Shown: positions 34,801 to 45,377 of the stretch, piece by piece
Layout: each line of letters starts with the position of its first letter
Position numbering within the stretch: the stretch's first letter is position 1
Assembly: GCA_001724265.1 (NCBI GenBank)
Contig: MEDY01000005.1
Location: forward strand, 62,001-126,000
From: Rhizaria sp. SCN 62-66
Taxonomy: Eukaryota
DNA length: 64,000 nucleotides
Direction of reading: 5' to 3'
Position numbers and translations under genes: made by a program
The notes under the pieces: model-generated
Database searches by the model: none
Told to the model about the DNA's origin: nothing
Seen by the model: only the letters and a program-made list of their open reading frames with translations

Positions 34801-36397
34801 GCGCCAGGACGTCTTTGTCCCGCTCGCCACGGCCGTTGTCGAGGCAGAGCAGCGCCTCAGGATCCTCTTCTCAGAGGCCGCGCGCCTCGAGAACCAAGTA
34901 TGTCAAAGCTGTATATTTTATTTGATACGAATCATCATTCATGCAAATCAATTTCTAATTTCTTGTGGTGTGATATCAATGGTCCACTATTCCCCGAATG
35001 TATCTCATCCTTCCTTATGTCATCTTGATCTGTTGTATCTCTTTCTTGTTCAGGCCGGTCAAGCCAAGGCCGTGTCAGAGAAGGCCAAAAAGAAGGCCGA
35101 GTTCACGAAGCAGCGCTACGCCGCGCTGGTCAACAAGCGCGCCGTGTCGAGCAGCAGCGAGAGCATGTTCAACTCCTTCTCCAGTGTCGACTTGCACAAG
35201 GTGCTCGACGCGCACAGTGCCATGGAGGACGCGGGACTTGCACTCGACCAGGTACGTGTCCCTCACAAAACAACTATATCTCGTTGATAGTGCGTTCCCG
35301 TACTCCGCTTAGTTTTATCGCCGAATACTCACATATGCCATCCAATTTTATCTTTTTGTGCAATTTGTTCTATCTCCAGGCCGAGATTGCGTTCCAGATG
35401 GTTCTGCGCGAGTACGACGCGCGCATGCCGCAGATTATCGAGAACATCCGGCAGCTCAACGTGGTGCGCATCGAGCAGTTCAAGCAGCGCATGCAGGTGT
35501 GGGTGCAGCTCAAGCAGCAGAGTCTGCGCGAGCAGCTCGCCGCGCTCGACTCCCTCGCCGGCGACGTCGAGTCGATCAACGTCGACAAGGACGTCAAGAC
35601 GTTCAGCGAGGGCATGAAGGACTTCTGGCTCGCGGCGGCCAGCGGACACGTGTCGACCGCGGCGATCCTCGCCTCCACGGTCGCCAACACCAGCGCGAAC
35701 AGCAGCGGCGGAGGCAGCGCCAAGGAGACCATTCCGGAGTCCGAGGACGAGACTGCTGCCAGCGATAATAATAATAACGACAATCAGGATGGTGAGGACA
35801 ACAAGGCGAGCGACAGCGCTGATGCCAAGACTGGAGCTGCTGCAAACGACGACGAGTCCAAATCCAGCGCTGCCGCCGCCGCCGATGACTCCAAGCCTGC
35901 GGACGCGGACGCTGACGCTGACCCCCGCACCACCGTCGCCGAGAGCAACGCCAAGGACGACGTCGATGTGGTCGACGTCAACACCGACGACGCCAAGCAA
36001 GAACCCGAGCGTCCTGAGCAAGAGTTCAAGCAGGAGCCTGAGCAGGAGGAGGCGACCGTGTGCCCCGGCTTCACGTCGAACATCCTGACTTTCCCCGTGG
36101 CGCTGGGACTCAAGCTGACTGCGTCGCGGCAGCAGCAGCAGTCTCAGCTGCAAAGCCAGCACCAACGCTTCCTGCAGCAGCAGCTGGCGCGGTCCGCGGC
36201 GCTGCGCACGCTGCCCGCCACCACCACGGCCGCCACGGCCTCGGCGCACAGCCAGAGCAACGCGTTCGGCAGCGGCTCCGGCTCCAACTCGAGCAGCGAC
36301 AACGCTGCTGCTGGCACCACTGGCGGCAGCGTTGGCCGGACGCAGTTCCAGTCGCAGACGCTGTCGCAGGTGCAGATCCTGCAGCTGCAGCAGCAGT

Positions 36398-36436
<39 letters not shown>

Positions 36437-39400
36437 GTGGCGACAGCGGCCTGCCCCCGATGCCGCCGCGGCGCGTGAGCGGTGGAAGCAGCGCTAGCCA
36501 CAGCCGCAGCCAGAGTCAGAGCCAGAACTTTAACGCCGCCGCCGCGAACGCTGCCGGAATCGCTCCGCTGACCACGGTGACGGTGACCGCGGCGCAGAGC
36601 GGTGGCAACAACAGCAACAACAGCGCCGCCGACTCGCAGAGCAGCGCGACCGCCGGCAGCGGCCCGTACCGGGGCAGAGATGCGTCCAACACTGTCGTCG
36701 CCGCCGCGGACGCCGCCGCCGCCGCAGTTGCCTTCACGACGGCGTCGGCCGCGCTCGTGCTCGGCGGCCGCTCGCTCCTGTTCCGCCCCGTCGTCGGCCG
36801 CGGCAAGAGCAGCGCGGGCAAGGACGCCAGCGCGGACGGCTTCGTGCTGGATCCCGCGGTACCGACGGCGCTGAGCTCGGTCTTCTCGGCCGCGACGCCC
36901 ACCCCCAGCGCGCCCGCGCCCGCCGTCGCCGTCGTCGCTGTGGTTTTCACGCTGCTCCCTATCACCGCGGCCGAGTCCGCTGACGACTGCGCGAGCGACG
37001 CTGCTGCCGGCGCTGCGGGTGCGGTGGCGGTGACCGTGGCAGTGCTGCCCGAGGCGCTCAAGGTGACTGAGACGGTGGAGACCGTCGGCCGCGCGCTGCT
37101 GGTGCCCGCCACGACGACTGTGGCGACGGCCGTGAGCGCGAGTGCGGCCGCCGCCTCGAGCGCCGCCGGCCGCCTGTTGCTGCCCTACCTTGCCAGCGCG
37201 GGCGCGGGCGCCAGCGGCGGCGGCGCGGCCGGCAGAGACACGCTGCGGTTCGTTGGTGCGAATCAGCTGACGGTGGACCTGTCTTCGCTGCAGGCGCTGG
37301 ACGATGCCGCGGGCGGCATCCTCTCGAACGCGACCAGCGCGGCCGGCAACAACAGCTCGGCCACCGCGGCCTCCACGGCCGCCGCCGCCGCGGCCACCAA
37401 GGGCTTCGTGTCCGCGACGCGCTCCACCGCCAGCTCCAGCGCCAGCGCCAGCGCCAACGGCTCCGGCGCCGGTGCGGGCCCGAGCTCCAGCGCGGTGCCG
37501 CCGCGCACGACCGTGGTCAACACGCAGATCCGGTTCCCGACGATGCTGTGGGGCGCGGCGGGGTTCGACCTCGCGCTGTCTAACTGTCAAACCACCAAGG
37601 ACAGCACCAAGGAGTTCATGCTTCTGCTCGACAGCTGGGCCCAGGCCGAAGACGCCAGGTATGTCTCATATCACTAAAACAAACATCTGAAACCGTTATA
37701 TCATCTAATGCTGGCAAAACTAATTGAATTCAATCGTTCACTTCTGCTCTTGTTTTGCTGTATGTCTTGTTTTGTTCTCGCATTAGGGCTAAGCGCCTTG
37801 CCGCTGCGATCAAGCCCTCTTCGCTGCCTCCGCCGCCGGCAACTGCGTTCGGGCCGACGCAGCGCGCGCTGTGGGAGCAGCTGCGCGAGTCGATCCGCTT
37901 TACTGCGCAGGGCCACAACGACCTCTCATGTCTGCTGTACAAGGTCGCGTTCGCGATGCGCATCGTCAAGGGCGAGCTGAAGCAGGCCAAGCGGCGCTAC
38001 CAGGACCACAAGGTGCGGCTTGAGCGCGAGCTCCAAGCGGCGCAGGATGTTGTCTCGCGCGCCGCCGACAAGAGCGCGCGCGCGCGCGCCGCGTGGCTGC
38101 TGGTGGAGCAGCGCGGCGGCGGCGTCTCGGGCCAGTCGGCGCTGTCGGCGCGCGACTACGAGACGACAGCACGCACGCTGGACCGAGTCGGCGGCGAGTA
38201 CAAGGAGGCAGAGCACCTGCTGCTGCTCGCGCAGCGCGACTGCGAGGCCACGCGCCGCAAGCACGACATCTGCGTCGGCCGGCTCTGTGCGCTGCTCGAG
38301 CGCAAGGAGAAGAAGACCAGTCTGGAGCTGCAGCGTGCCTTCTGGGTGCTGTGCGATTGGGTTAACAGCCGCACCGTCGACGTCTCGCTCTACGTCGACA
38401 AGGTGCTGCTCACGCCCGGCGTCGACGGCCTCAACGCCGACGCCGAGATCCGCGACGTCATCGCGAAGCTGGCCCCCGAGATGGAAGTGTCTCTGAGCGT
38501 CGTCTCCCGTGAGCTCAGCTCCCCCGTGCTGCTCGCGCACGCCTCGAACCCCAACACCATCGCCGTCGCCGCCGCCAAGAACGGCGGCGCCGCGGTAAGC
38601 GCCGCGGGGGGGGTCGGCGTGAGCGTGAGCACGAAGGGCAACGCCACCGTCAGCGTCAGCCGCAGCAACAACAACGCGACGGACAACACGGTCTCGTACA
38701 GCGACAACCACGCCACCCACAACGACGACAGCACCGTCGTCTCGACCACGCCCACGGTCGCGAGCAATGCCCACACCGGCGCCGCCGGCGCTGCTGGCGC
38801 CGTTGTGACTGCCGGCGCAGTCGAGACGCTCGAGGTCGAGTACATCTGCAAGCTGGCCTCGCATATGGACTCCGTCTTCGCCACCGCGGGTTCCGTCGCC
38901 GACTACCTCAAGCACATTTGCACGCTGCTCGACGAGGTCGCCAACACCGAGGAGGTAACCGCCAAGACGCTCCGCAAGCTCCAGCTCACAGTCAAGGCTA
39001 AGTACGTTTAATTATTCGTTATGTTTCAATGCTTATTATGCCTAACTCAACTCAAATTCACTCAATGTTATTTTTTTAACTGAATTCATCTCACTTCATG
39101 TTTTCTATCTTTCTCGTCATACTTCCCCCAGGACCGCGCACCCGAGTCTGCAGTCGTGCTTCGTGGCGCTGGGCCAGCTGCTGGAGACGGTGGCGGCGCG
39201 CTCCGAATGTGAAACGCGTCTTCTGCGCGACACGGCCAAGCACATGTCGTCCTTCCGCACGCGCTTCCGCGACAGCACCAAGTCGCGCGAGAAGCGCTTC
39301 AGCGATCTGCGCAAGGTGTACGAGTCTGCCGTGACGGAGCGCGATCGCGCGCGGCGCGACCACGAGGCTGCCGCCGAGGCGTTGTTGACGCTGAACCCGA

Positions 39401-41415
39401 AGCTGGCGGCGCTGGAGAGCGACGAGGCGGCCAAGAAGGGCAGCTTCTTCAGCAAGTCGCCTTACGACATCGCTAAGGGCAAGGTCGAGGCGGCGCAGAA
39501 GGACCTGGAGCGCGCGCAGCGCAGCCTCGTCAAGAAAGAGGAGACGCTCCTGGCCGCCACGGACGCGCTGCGCAGCGAGACGAGTGTGCTGCTGCGCGCG
39601 TGCTACAGCGACGAGCGGCACCGGTGCGAGTACCTCTCGACGGCCTTCTCGACTGTCGTGGGCTCGCGGCGGCCCGCGCTGGCGTCGCTGCAGGCCGCTG
39701 TGGCCGCGCTCGACGCCACCACCAGCACCGTCAACAGCGAGACGGACCTGGGGCTCATTCTCTCCTCCCTCAGCACCGCAGGCGGCGCCGTTGGCTACAC
39801 CGTGAACGCGAGCTTGAGTCAACACCCCAAGGCCGCCGGCGGCGTCGGCGCCAGCACCAGCGCCATCAGCCTGCTCGGCAGCAACGCCGCCGCGGGCGCT
39901 GGCGCTGCTGCTGCTGGCGCCGGCTCGCGCGCTGCCGCGGCGGGCCCCGTGGTGAGCCTGGTGGGCGGCGAGCCCGTGCCCGAGGTCGTGCTGACGGACG
40001 TGGAGCTGATGCTCACGGCGGAGCGCGAGGAGGTGGCCGAGATGCTCGATACGTGCACCGCCGTCGCCGCCGACCGCGCCGCTGAGGAGCAGGTCAAGCT
40101 GCACTACGCAGCGGCCGCGCGCATGCAGCAGCACATGCAGCCGGGCAACAGCACCAACGCCAGCACCAACGCCAGCAACTACAACATGTACGGCGGCGGC
40201 GCGGGCACCGGCGTGTTCGCCACCGTCGGCAACCCGCAGCAACAGCAGCAGCAGCAGTTCGCGGCCGGCGGCGTCCGCTCCGGCGCCGGCGCGCTGTCGC
40301 CCGTGAGCACCGTAAGCACCGTGAGCGGCGTCGTCGGCGCCACGGGCGTGCTCTCGCTGGCCGCGCTCGGCGGCTCCACGCAGAACCTACTCTCGGGCAC
40401 CAGCAACGGCATCGCGGGCGGCGCGAACCTCAGCGCGAACGCCGGCGGGGCGAACACTGGCGCCAACGCGGCCGTGTTCATGTCTGCGCCGCCCACCCGC
40501 CGCGCGGCGCACAGCAACCCCGCCAGGTCGTCGGCCAACGGCAACGGCAACGGCAACGGCAACTCGAGCGGCGACAGCAACAGCCTGGCCACCGAGAGTG
40601 ATGGCGCGAGCGCCAACGCGGCCGTCACGCCGTCCGCCTCCGTCGCGATCGCGGTCAACGCCAACGCCAACCCTGCCGTGAGCGCGAACGGTAACGCGAA
40701 CACTGCCACGGTCGGTCTCGGCGGCCCGTCGCCGGTGCCGGTGCCCATCCCCCCGCGGGCCTCGGTGGCGCCGCACCGGACCAGCGTCTACGTGGGTTCG
40801 GCCCCCGCCAGCACCAGCAGCGTCTTCAGCTCCAGCGCGATCGGCAGCGTTGCTGCTCCTGGGGCGTCTGGCTCTGCTGCGCCTGCGCCTGCGACTGGAA
40901 CTGCTGGCTCCGGCGTCAGCGCGATTATCAGCAGCCCCAACGGCACTCACGCCCCGCACAAGCCCGTCCGGCCCTCGACCTGCACCCCTGCGCACGCGCC
41001 GTCGGCCCCCGCTGCCAACACCGGCAGCGCCGCCGCTGCTGGCAACGCCGCGAACCCGTCTCCGCCGGCGACGCCGCGCCAGCGCCCTGCTTCTCTCAAC
41101 CCCAGCGCGGCCAGCGCCAGCGCGGGCGCCGGTGGCAATCGCGTGAGCGCCAGTGGCGCCGCGAGCGGACATGCCGCGCCGTCGCTGCCCCAGCGCCCGT
41201 CGCCGCAGCAGCCCCACCACACTGGCGCTGGCGCTAGCAGCAATACGGGCAGCCCGGGCGTGACTGCGAAGGCGGGCGCGAGCGCGACTCCGAACCCAGG
41301 GGTGACTGGCTCGGGCTCAGGGGCTGCGGTTGCCGATGCGACTGCTGCGGCGAGGCCTGCAGCTGGCTCTGTGGCCGCGGCTGCCGCTCTGTTCGGCGGC
41401 AGAGTGAAGCCTTAA
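31846..41415 (+). CDS. DENN-domain protein (putative Rab GEF) followed by three F-BAR-like coiled-coil modules
   Basis: Exons 31846-32772, 32927-33261, 33409-34897, 35054-35251, 35380-37658, 37787-39001 and 39132-41415; all junction phases are consistent. uDENN: ADYF, SRFP..DH, LFVFP.G, FVLT.ADG.R.YG. cDENN: ERRVLFVS, LIFPLFWRHVYIPLMP..L.DFVCAPMPYIVGV. dDENN: FL.EFLDTQMF..F. Confidence 0.88.
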
Positions 41416-42295
41416 AGATGCAAATTCTACACACTCAGATCGTGTGTTTACTTTAAGAAGAGTTCGTATACTAGCATATGTTTTTCAGCATTAATAATAT
41501 GATTGACAATACCAATCCGTAGTTTGATATTAACAACAAGCTCTCTCTCTCTATCTCGTGTATGATAGTTTTTAATTAAGAAGAGAAAGAGAGGTGTGTG
41601 ATTCTGTGTCTGTGATTGTCGTCTCGTATGACCATATGTTGATCAACTCTAGCCTAAATACAAAGTGGATCCTTAACTAACTCTGATATGATTCATCTTT
41701 TGGCCTTGTAATGAAAACTGCGCATCGCACTCCGACGCAACTAATTAAGCTTTATAATCGATTGCAGGAGTCGCTACCATCACGCGCTCCGTGCCAGCTG
41801 TACGTGCTCCGCTGTCTAGGCTGCTTCGAACAGCAGTAAACGCAACAGTAGCAGCAGTATAAACAACTCTAGCTGCTGCAAGTTTTGTACTTTAACTTCA
41901 AGTGTGGTTCATTTAAATCATGGTCTTTTTTCATCTCTTGTCTTGCGTTTTATATATGCTGAACGAAGGATTGAGACATTCAGCAGTGACAGACGCTTGT
42001 GGTGGCGGGCTGGGTGTGGCCGCTCTGGCGAGCGATCGGCTTGAACGACGTGGAGCGGTTTTGCGCAAGACTTATCTCAGCGATTCAGTCGATTGTTTGT
42101 GGCTTTCTTTCGCATATCCGCACACATCCTTCTATATTTTATCCAAACACTTTTTTTTTTACTTTGTCATACTACGGCTGACTTTTGTACCAGTTCTCGT
42201 TATGATCAGCTCGTTGTGTAAAACCACTCCACCATCCTCATCGGCTCACGTCTTCTCTAAAATTCGCCCTGTCGCAGCGCCTGGCTTGTACGACA

Positions 42296-43306
42296 ATGTA
42301 CAAGAGTGGCAGCTACCCGCAGTACGCGGATTACACTCACACGCAGCACGTGTTCGACCAGGAATACCCCTTGAGCTCCGTCATCTCCTTCCGCCCGCCG
42401 CCGACCTTTTACCCGCAGTCGCCCTCGCGCCTGCGCGCGCTCTTCGTGTTCTACTTCGTGGCCATCATTGCGTTGCTGGCCTTCTTCCTGGGCTACAACC
42501 TGTTCCGCCGCATTGACGGCCCGCCGCTGGTGGAGACGGGCAAGTACCCCGTCTTCGGCTGGCACTACCTCATGCTCTCGCAGTGGACCGCCACCCTTAA
42601 CGTGCTTTTCTTCGTCTTTGCCATCGTCGACCTGTGCCTGCGCCACTCCCCGCGCTCCGAGGCCGTGCACGCGCACAAGGACCGCTTCTTCACGCTCGTG
42701 TTCACGCTGACCACCTTCGTCGCCGTCGCATACTGGCCCATCGTGTTCGTGCCCCGTCTCGACTCCCTCACGCCGACCCCGCGCCTCTTCGGCGAGGATC
42801 TGGCCACGAACCTGCTGCCGTCGCTACTCATCATCCTCGAGGCTCTCTTCGCCTCGCACCGCTACCCCACGCACGCCTGCCACGTGCTCCGCGACCTGCT
42901 CCTCCCGCTCTCGGTCTACGGCGGCTGGGTCGGCTTCTCCTTCTGGGCCCACTCGCGCAACGGCGACTGGCCGTTGAAGTTCCAGTCCACATACGCGGGC
43001 GACGCGACGGCCACGGCACTGCTCTACTGCGCGGGCGCCGTTGCTATTGCGGCCATCTTCCTGGTCGGCCGCGCCGTCGCGCACTGCCTCTGGCCCGAGC
43101 GGCCCCTCTCGGCCGAGCACGACGACGACGCGCTCTTCGGCTTCATCGACGGCGCCTCCGCCCCGGCCCCCGGCTCGCGCGCGCCCGGCTTCGTCACCGA
43201 GGTGCCGTACGAGGCCTTCCCCGACGCGTTCGGGGACTCGCCCGCCGTCTCCCCGCCCCGCCATAGTAACACCGTCACGCCCGCGGGCAAGGGGCGCTAC
43301 TATTGA
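42296..43306 (+). CDS. FAR-17a/AIG1/ADTRP-like multi-pass membrane protein
   Basis: About six TM helices. YLMLSQW...LN, FVAVAYWPI, NLLPSLLIILE and Y..W......NGDWP.KF parallel the AIG1-family motifs. Confidence 0.6.
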   Translation: MYKSGSYPQYADYTHTQHVFDQEYPLSSVISFRPPPTFYPQSPSRLRALFVFYFVAIIALLAFFLGYNLFRRIDGPPLVETGKYPVFGWHYLMLSQWTATLNVLFFVFAIVDLCLRHSPRSEAVHAHKDRFFTLVFTLTTFVAVAYWPIVFVPRLDSLTPTPRLFGEDLATNLLPSLLIILEALFASHRYPTHACHVLRDLLLPLSVYGGWVGFSFWAHSRNGDWPLKFQSTYAGDATATALLYCAGAVAIAAIFLVGRAVAHCLWPERPLSAEHDDDALFGFIDGASAPAPGSRAPGFVTEVPYEAFPDAFGDSPAVSPPRHSNTVTPAGKGRYY

Positions 43307-43762
43307 GGCGATTGGGAGGCAAGACAAGCATTCCGTCAGGGAGTCAATGAGCTTTCGATTAAAGCTTAAAAAGTGGAGTCGATGTACATGTCACGGAATG
43401 ACATCTCTATGTTTATGGCTTTTGTCTGTAAGTTTGATGTGTGGTTTGTATGAGGTTCTCTTTGTTTCAGATTCTTTTGGTGTTGTTTTTCACATTACTT
43501 CTAACGCGTCCAGCTCTTGCTATTGATGAGTCCTTCTTTTCTCTGCATTTGCTTCAGTGTAATAACTTGATTTTTCCGCGCAAAAAGGGCCCCCCTACAA
43601 AGCTTAAGAATACACATTTCTTTTTTCACATCTTAGCGTGACAGCAATTCTTCTTATGAACACGCTGTTAGATGCGGACGTAAATCACTATGAAACACGG
43701 TGTATTGGGAAAATCAGAAACAAAGCCGTCCCAGCGGGCGGGGCCAAGACTCAGTCGCCCAC

Positions 43763-44855
43763 TTAGAGCGTGGTCTTGAGCCCCTCTGCGTTAAGCACGA
43801 CGAGCGGCGCGGCGGCGGGGCCGAGGTAGGTCATCGCGGCCGACGCGCCGAGGACGAGCCCGACGCAGCAGAGCACGGCGCCCGTGCCGCGCATAATGCG
43901 CGTAATCAGCCACGGCGGCAGCCGCTCGCGGTAATGGTTCACCACCGCCAGCACGCCCGTGTAGCTGGGGAGGGCGGGGTGATCAAGCAGGGTAAGGACG
44001 GACGGTGATGAAGTGAGAAAAGTTCCGAAATACACATGATATATAATACTTGAATAATTAAAACAATTGAATTTGGTCGAATGGGTTTGGTCTAATGTGA
44101 TTGATACAAAATGAGTGAGCGCGTACCAGGTCTGGATGCCGAGGAAGACGCCGAGCGCAAAGGCCGCGGGGGGCGACTGCTCGAAGCTGAGCGCGCCGGC
44201 CGACACGACGGACGTGGCCAGACCGGCCCAGGACGCGATCAACGCCGGGTTCAGCGCCGCCAGAGACATGCCAGTAAGGAGCGGCTTAAGCGTGAGCTGC
44301 TTGGACCAAGGCGCGTCGGGCTTGCGGCCGTTGTCGTCGGCTGCGCCGGCGCCCTTGGCCTTGGTAGGGTCCTGCAGGTGCAAAAGCAACAAAGCGTGTG
44401 TAAATCACGACACAAAGCACGAATAGTTAGAAATGTAATAAATCGATATATTTCATTATCTGAAACAGTGGAGTTGCTCAACCTAGACACGAAAATCAAA
44501 GACTGAAGCGCAGATATCTTCGATAAATTCGTTCGTTTGAAAGGCGTACCTCGTAGACGTAGCGGACGAGCGGGATACCAAGCGCGAGGCAGATGACGAG
44601 TCCGACGGCCTTGGCGGCGGGCATAACCACGTCCATGTACTGCGCGAGGACCGAGGACGCGCCCCAGAAGGCGACGCCGGCGTAGAGGCACTCGACGAGC
44701 CCCGAGCCGAGGGCGATGAGGCGGCCGGCGCGGATGTTGCCCTGGATGCCGTTGGTGAAGATGACCACGCTGGTCGGGCCGAACAGCGGAAGCGAGGTCG
44801 CAATGCCGAGCGCCCAGGCGACGGCAACCGTCTGCAGGACGATAAGCGCGCTCAT
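43763..44855 (-). CDS. LysE/RhtB-family amino-acid exporter-like membrane protein
   Basis: Exons 44855-44550, 44371-44127 and 43964-43763. Motifs LP.FGPTSV....NG..G..RAG...ALG....E..YA and G..LAALNP..I..W, FALGVFLG, RIMRGTG.VL...G are typical of LysE-type translocators. Confidence 0.8.
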
Positions 44856-45377
44856 GCGGGAGCGAAAGCGCGGTCTGCGTAGCGCGCAAGGTGAGGGCGA
44901 GAGGGAGATCGGGTGGACGGAAAATGACAGGTGAGAGAGCGTGTGGTGGATATTTGAAATGATATGTGCCACACGTAGAGCGAGCGAGTGGGTGTATAAT
45001 TAATAGAAACTGGTTGAAATTAAAGTTTCTACTTTGGAGTTTAACGGCACTCGCGCAGACGGAAAGCTACTAGTAGATCTTAGACTTCTGTTACTGCGTT
45101 CGGACGCTTCAGCGGGCCAAACCGCGGCGCACTTGTCCCACCCAGCACCACTCCCTGCAGTCTACAGCATCACATATCTGTGATTTAGAAACCTAACCCG
45201 GATGAATGCATACAAGGTGCTATTTTACCTCTTTCATTTGATTTTCTCTCTCATTTATTTTGACATTGCTCTAGGTTTCCTACCTTTTCTTGCGCCAGGG
45301 GCCCTCTCAGCTGCCTCTCGCGCCACCACTAGTCCGCGTTCTTCCGAGTCCCCGCGCGCGCCGCTGCCTTGCCCGCG

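Noticed and set aside
19686-44855. Bacterial contamination or chimeric assembly as the source of the GcvR-like and LysE-like genes
   Set aside because: The LysE-like gene has spliceosomal introns, the GcvR-like gene has a targeting leader, and both share host codon usage and eukaryotic neighbours.
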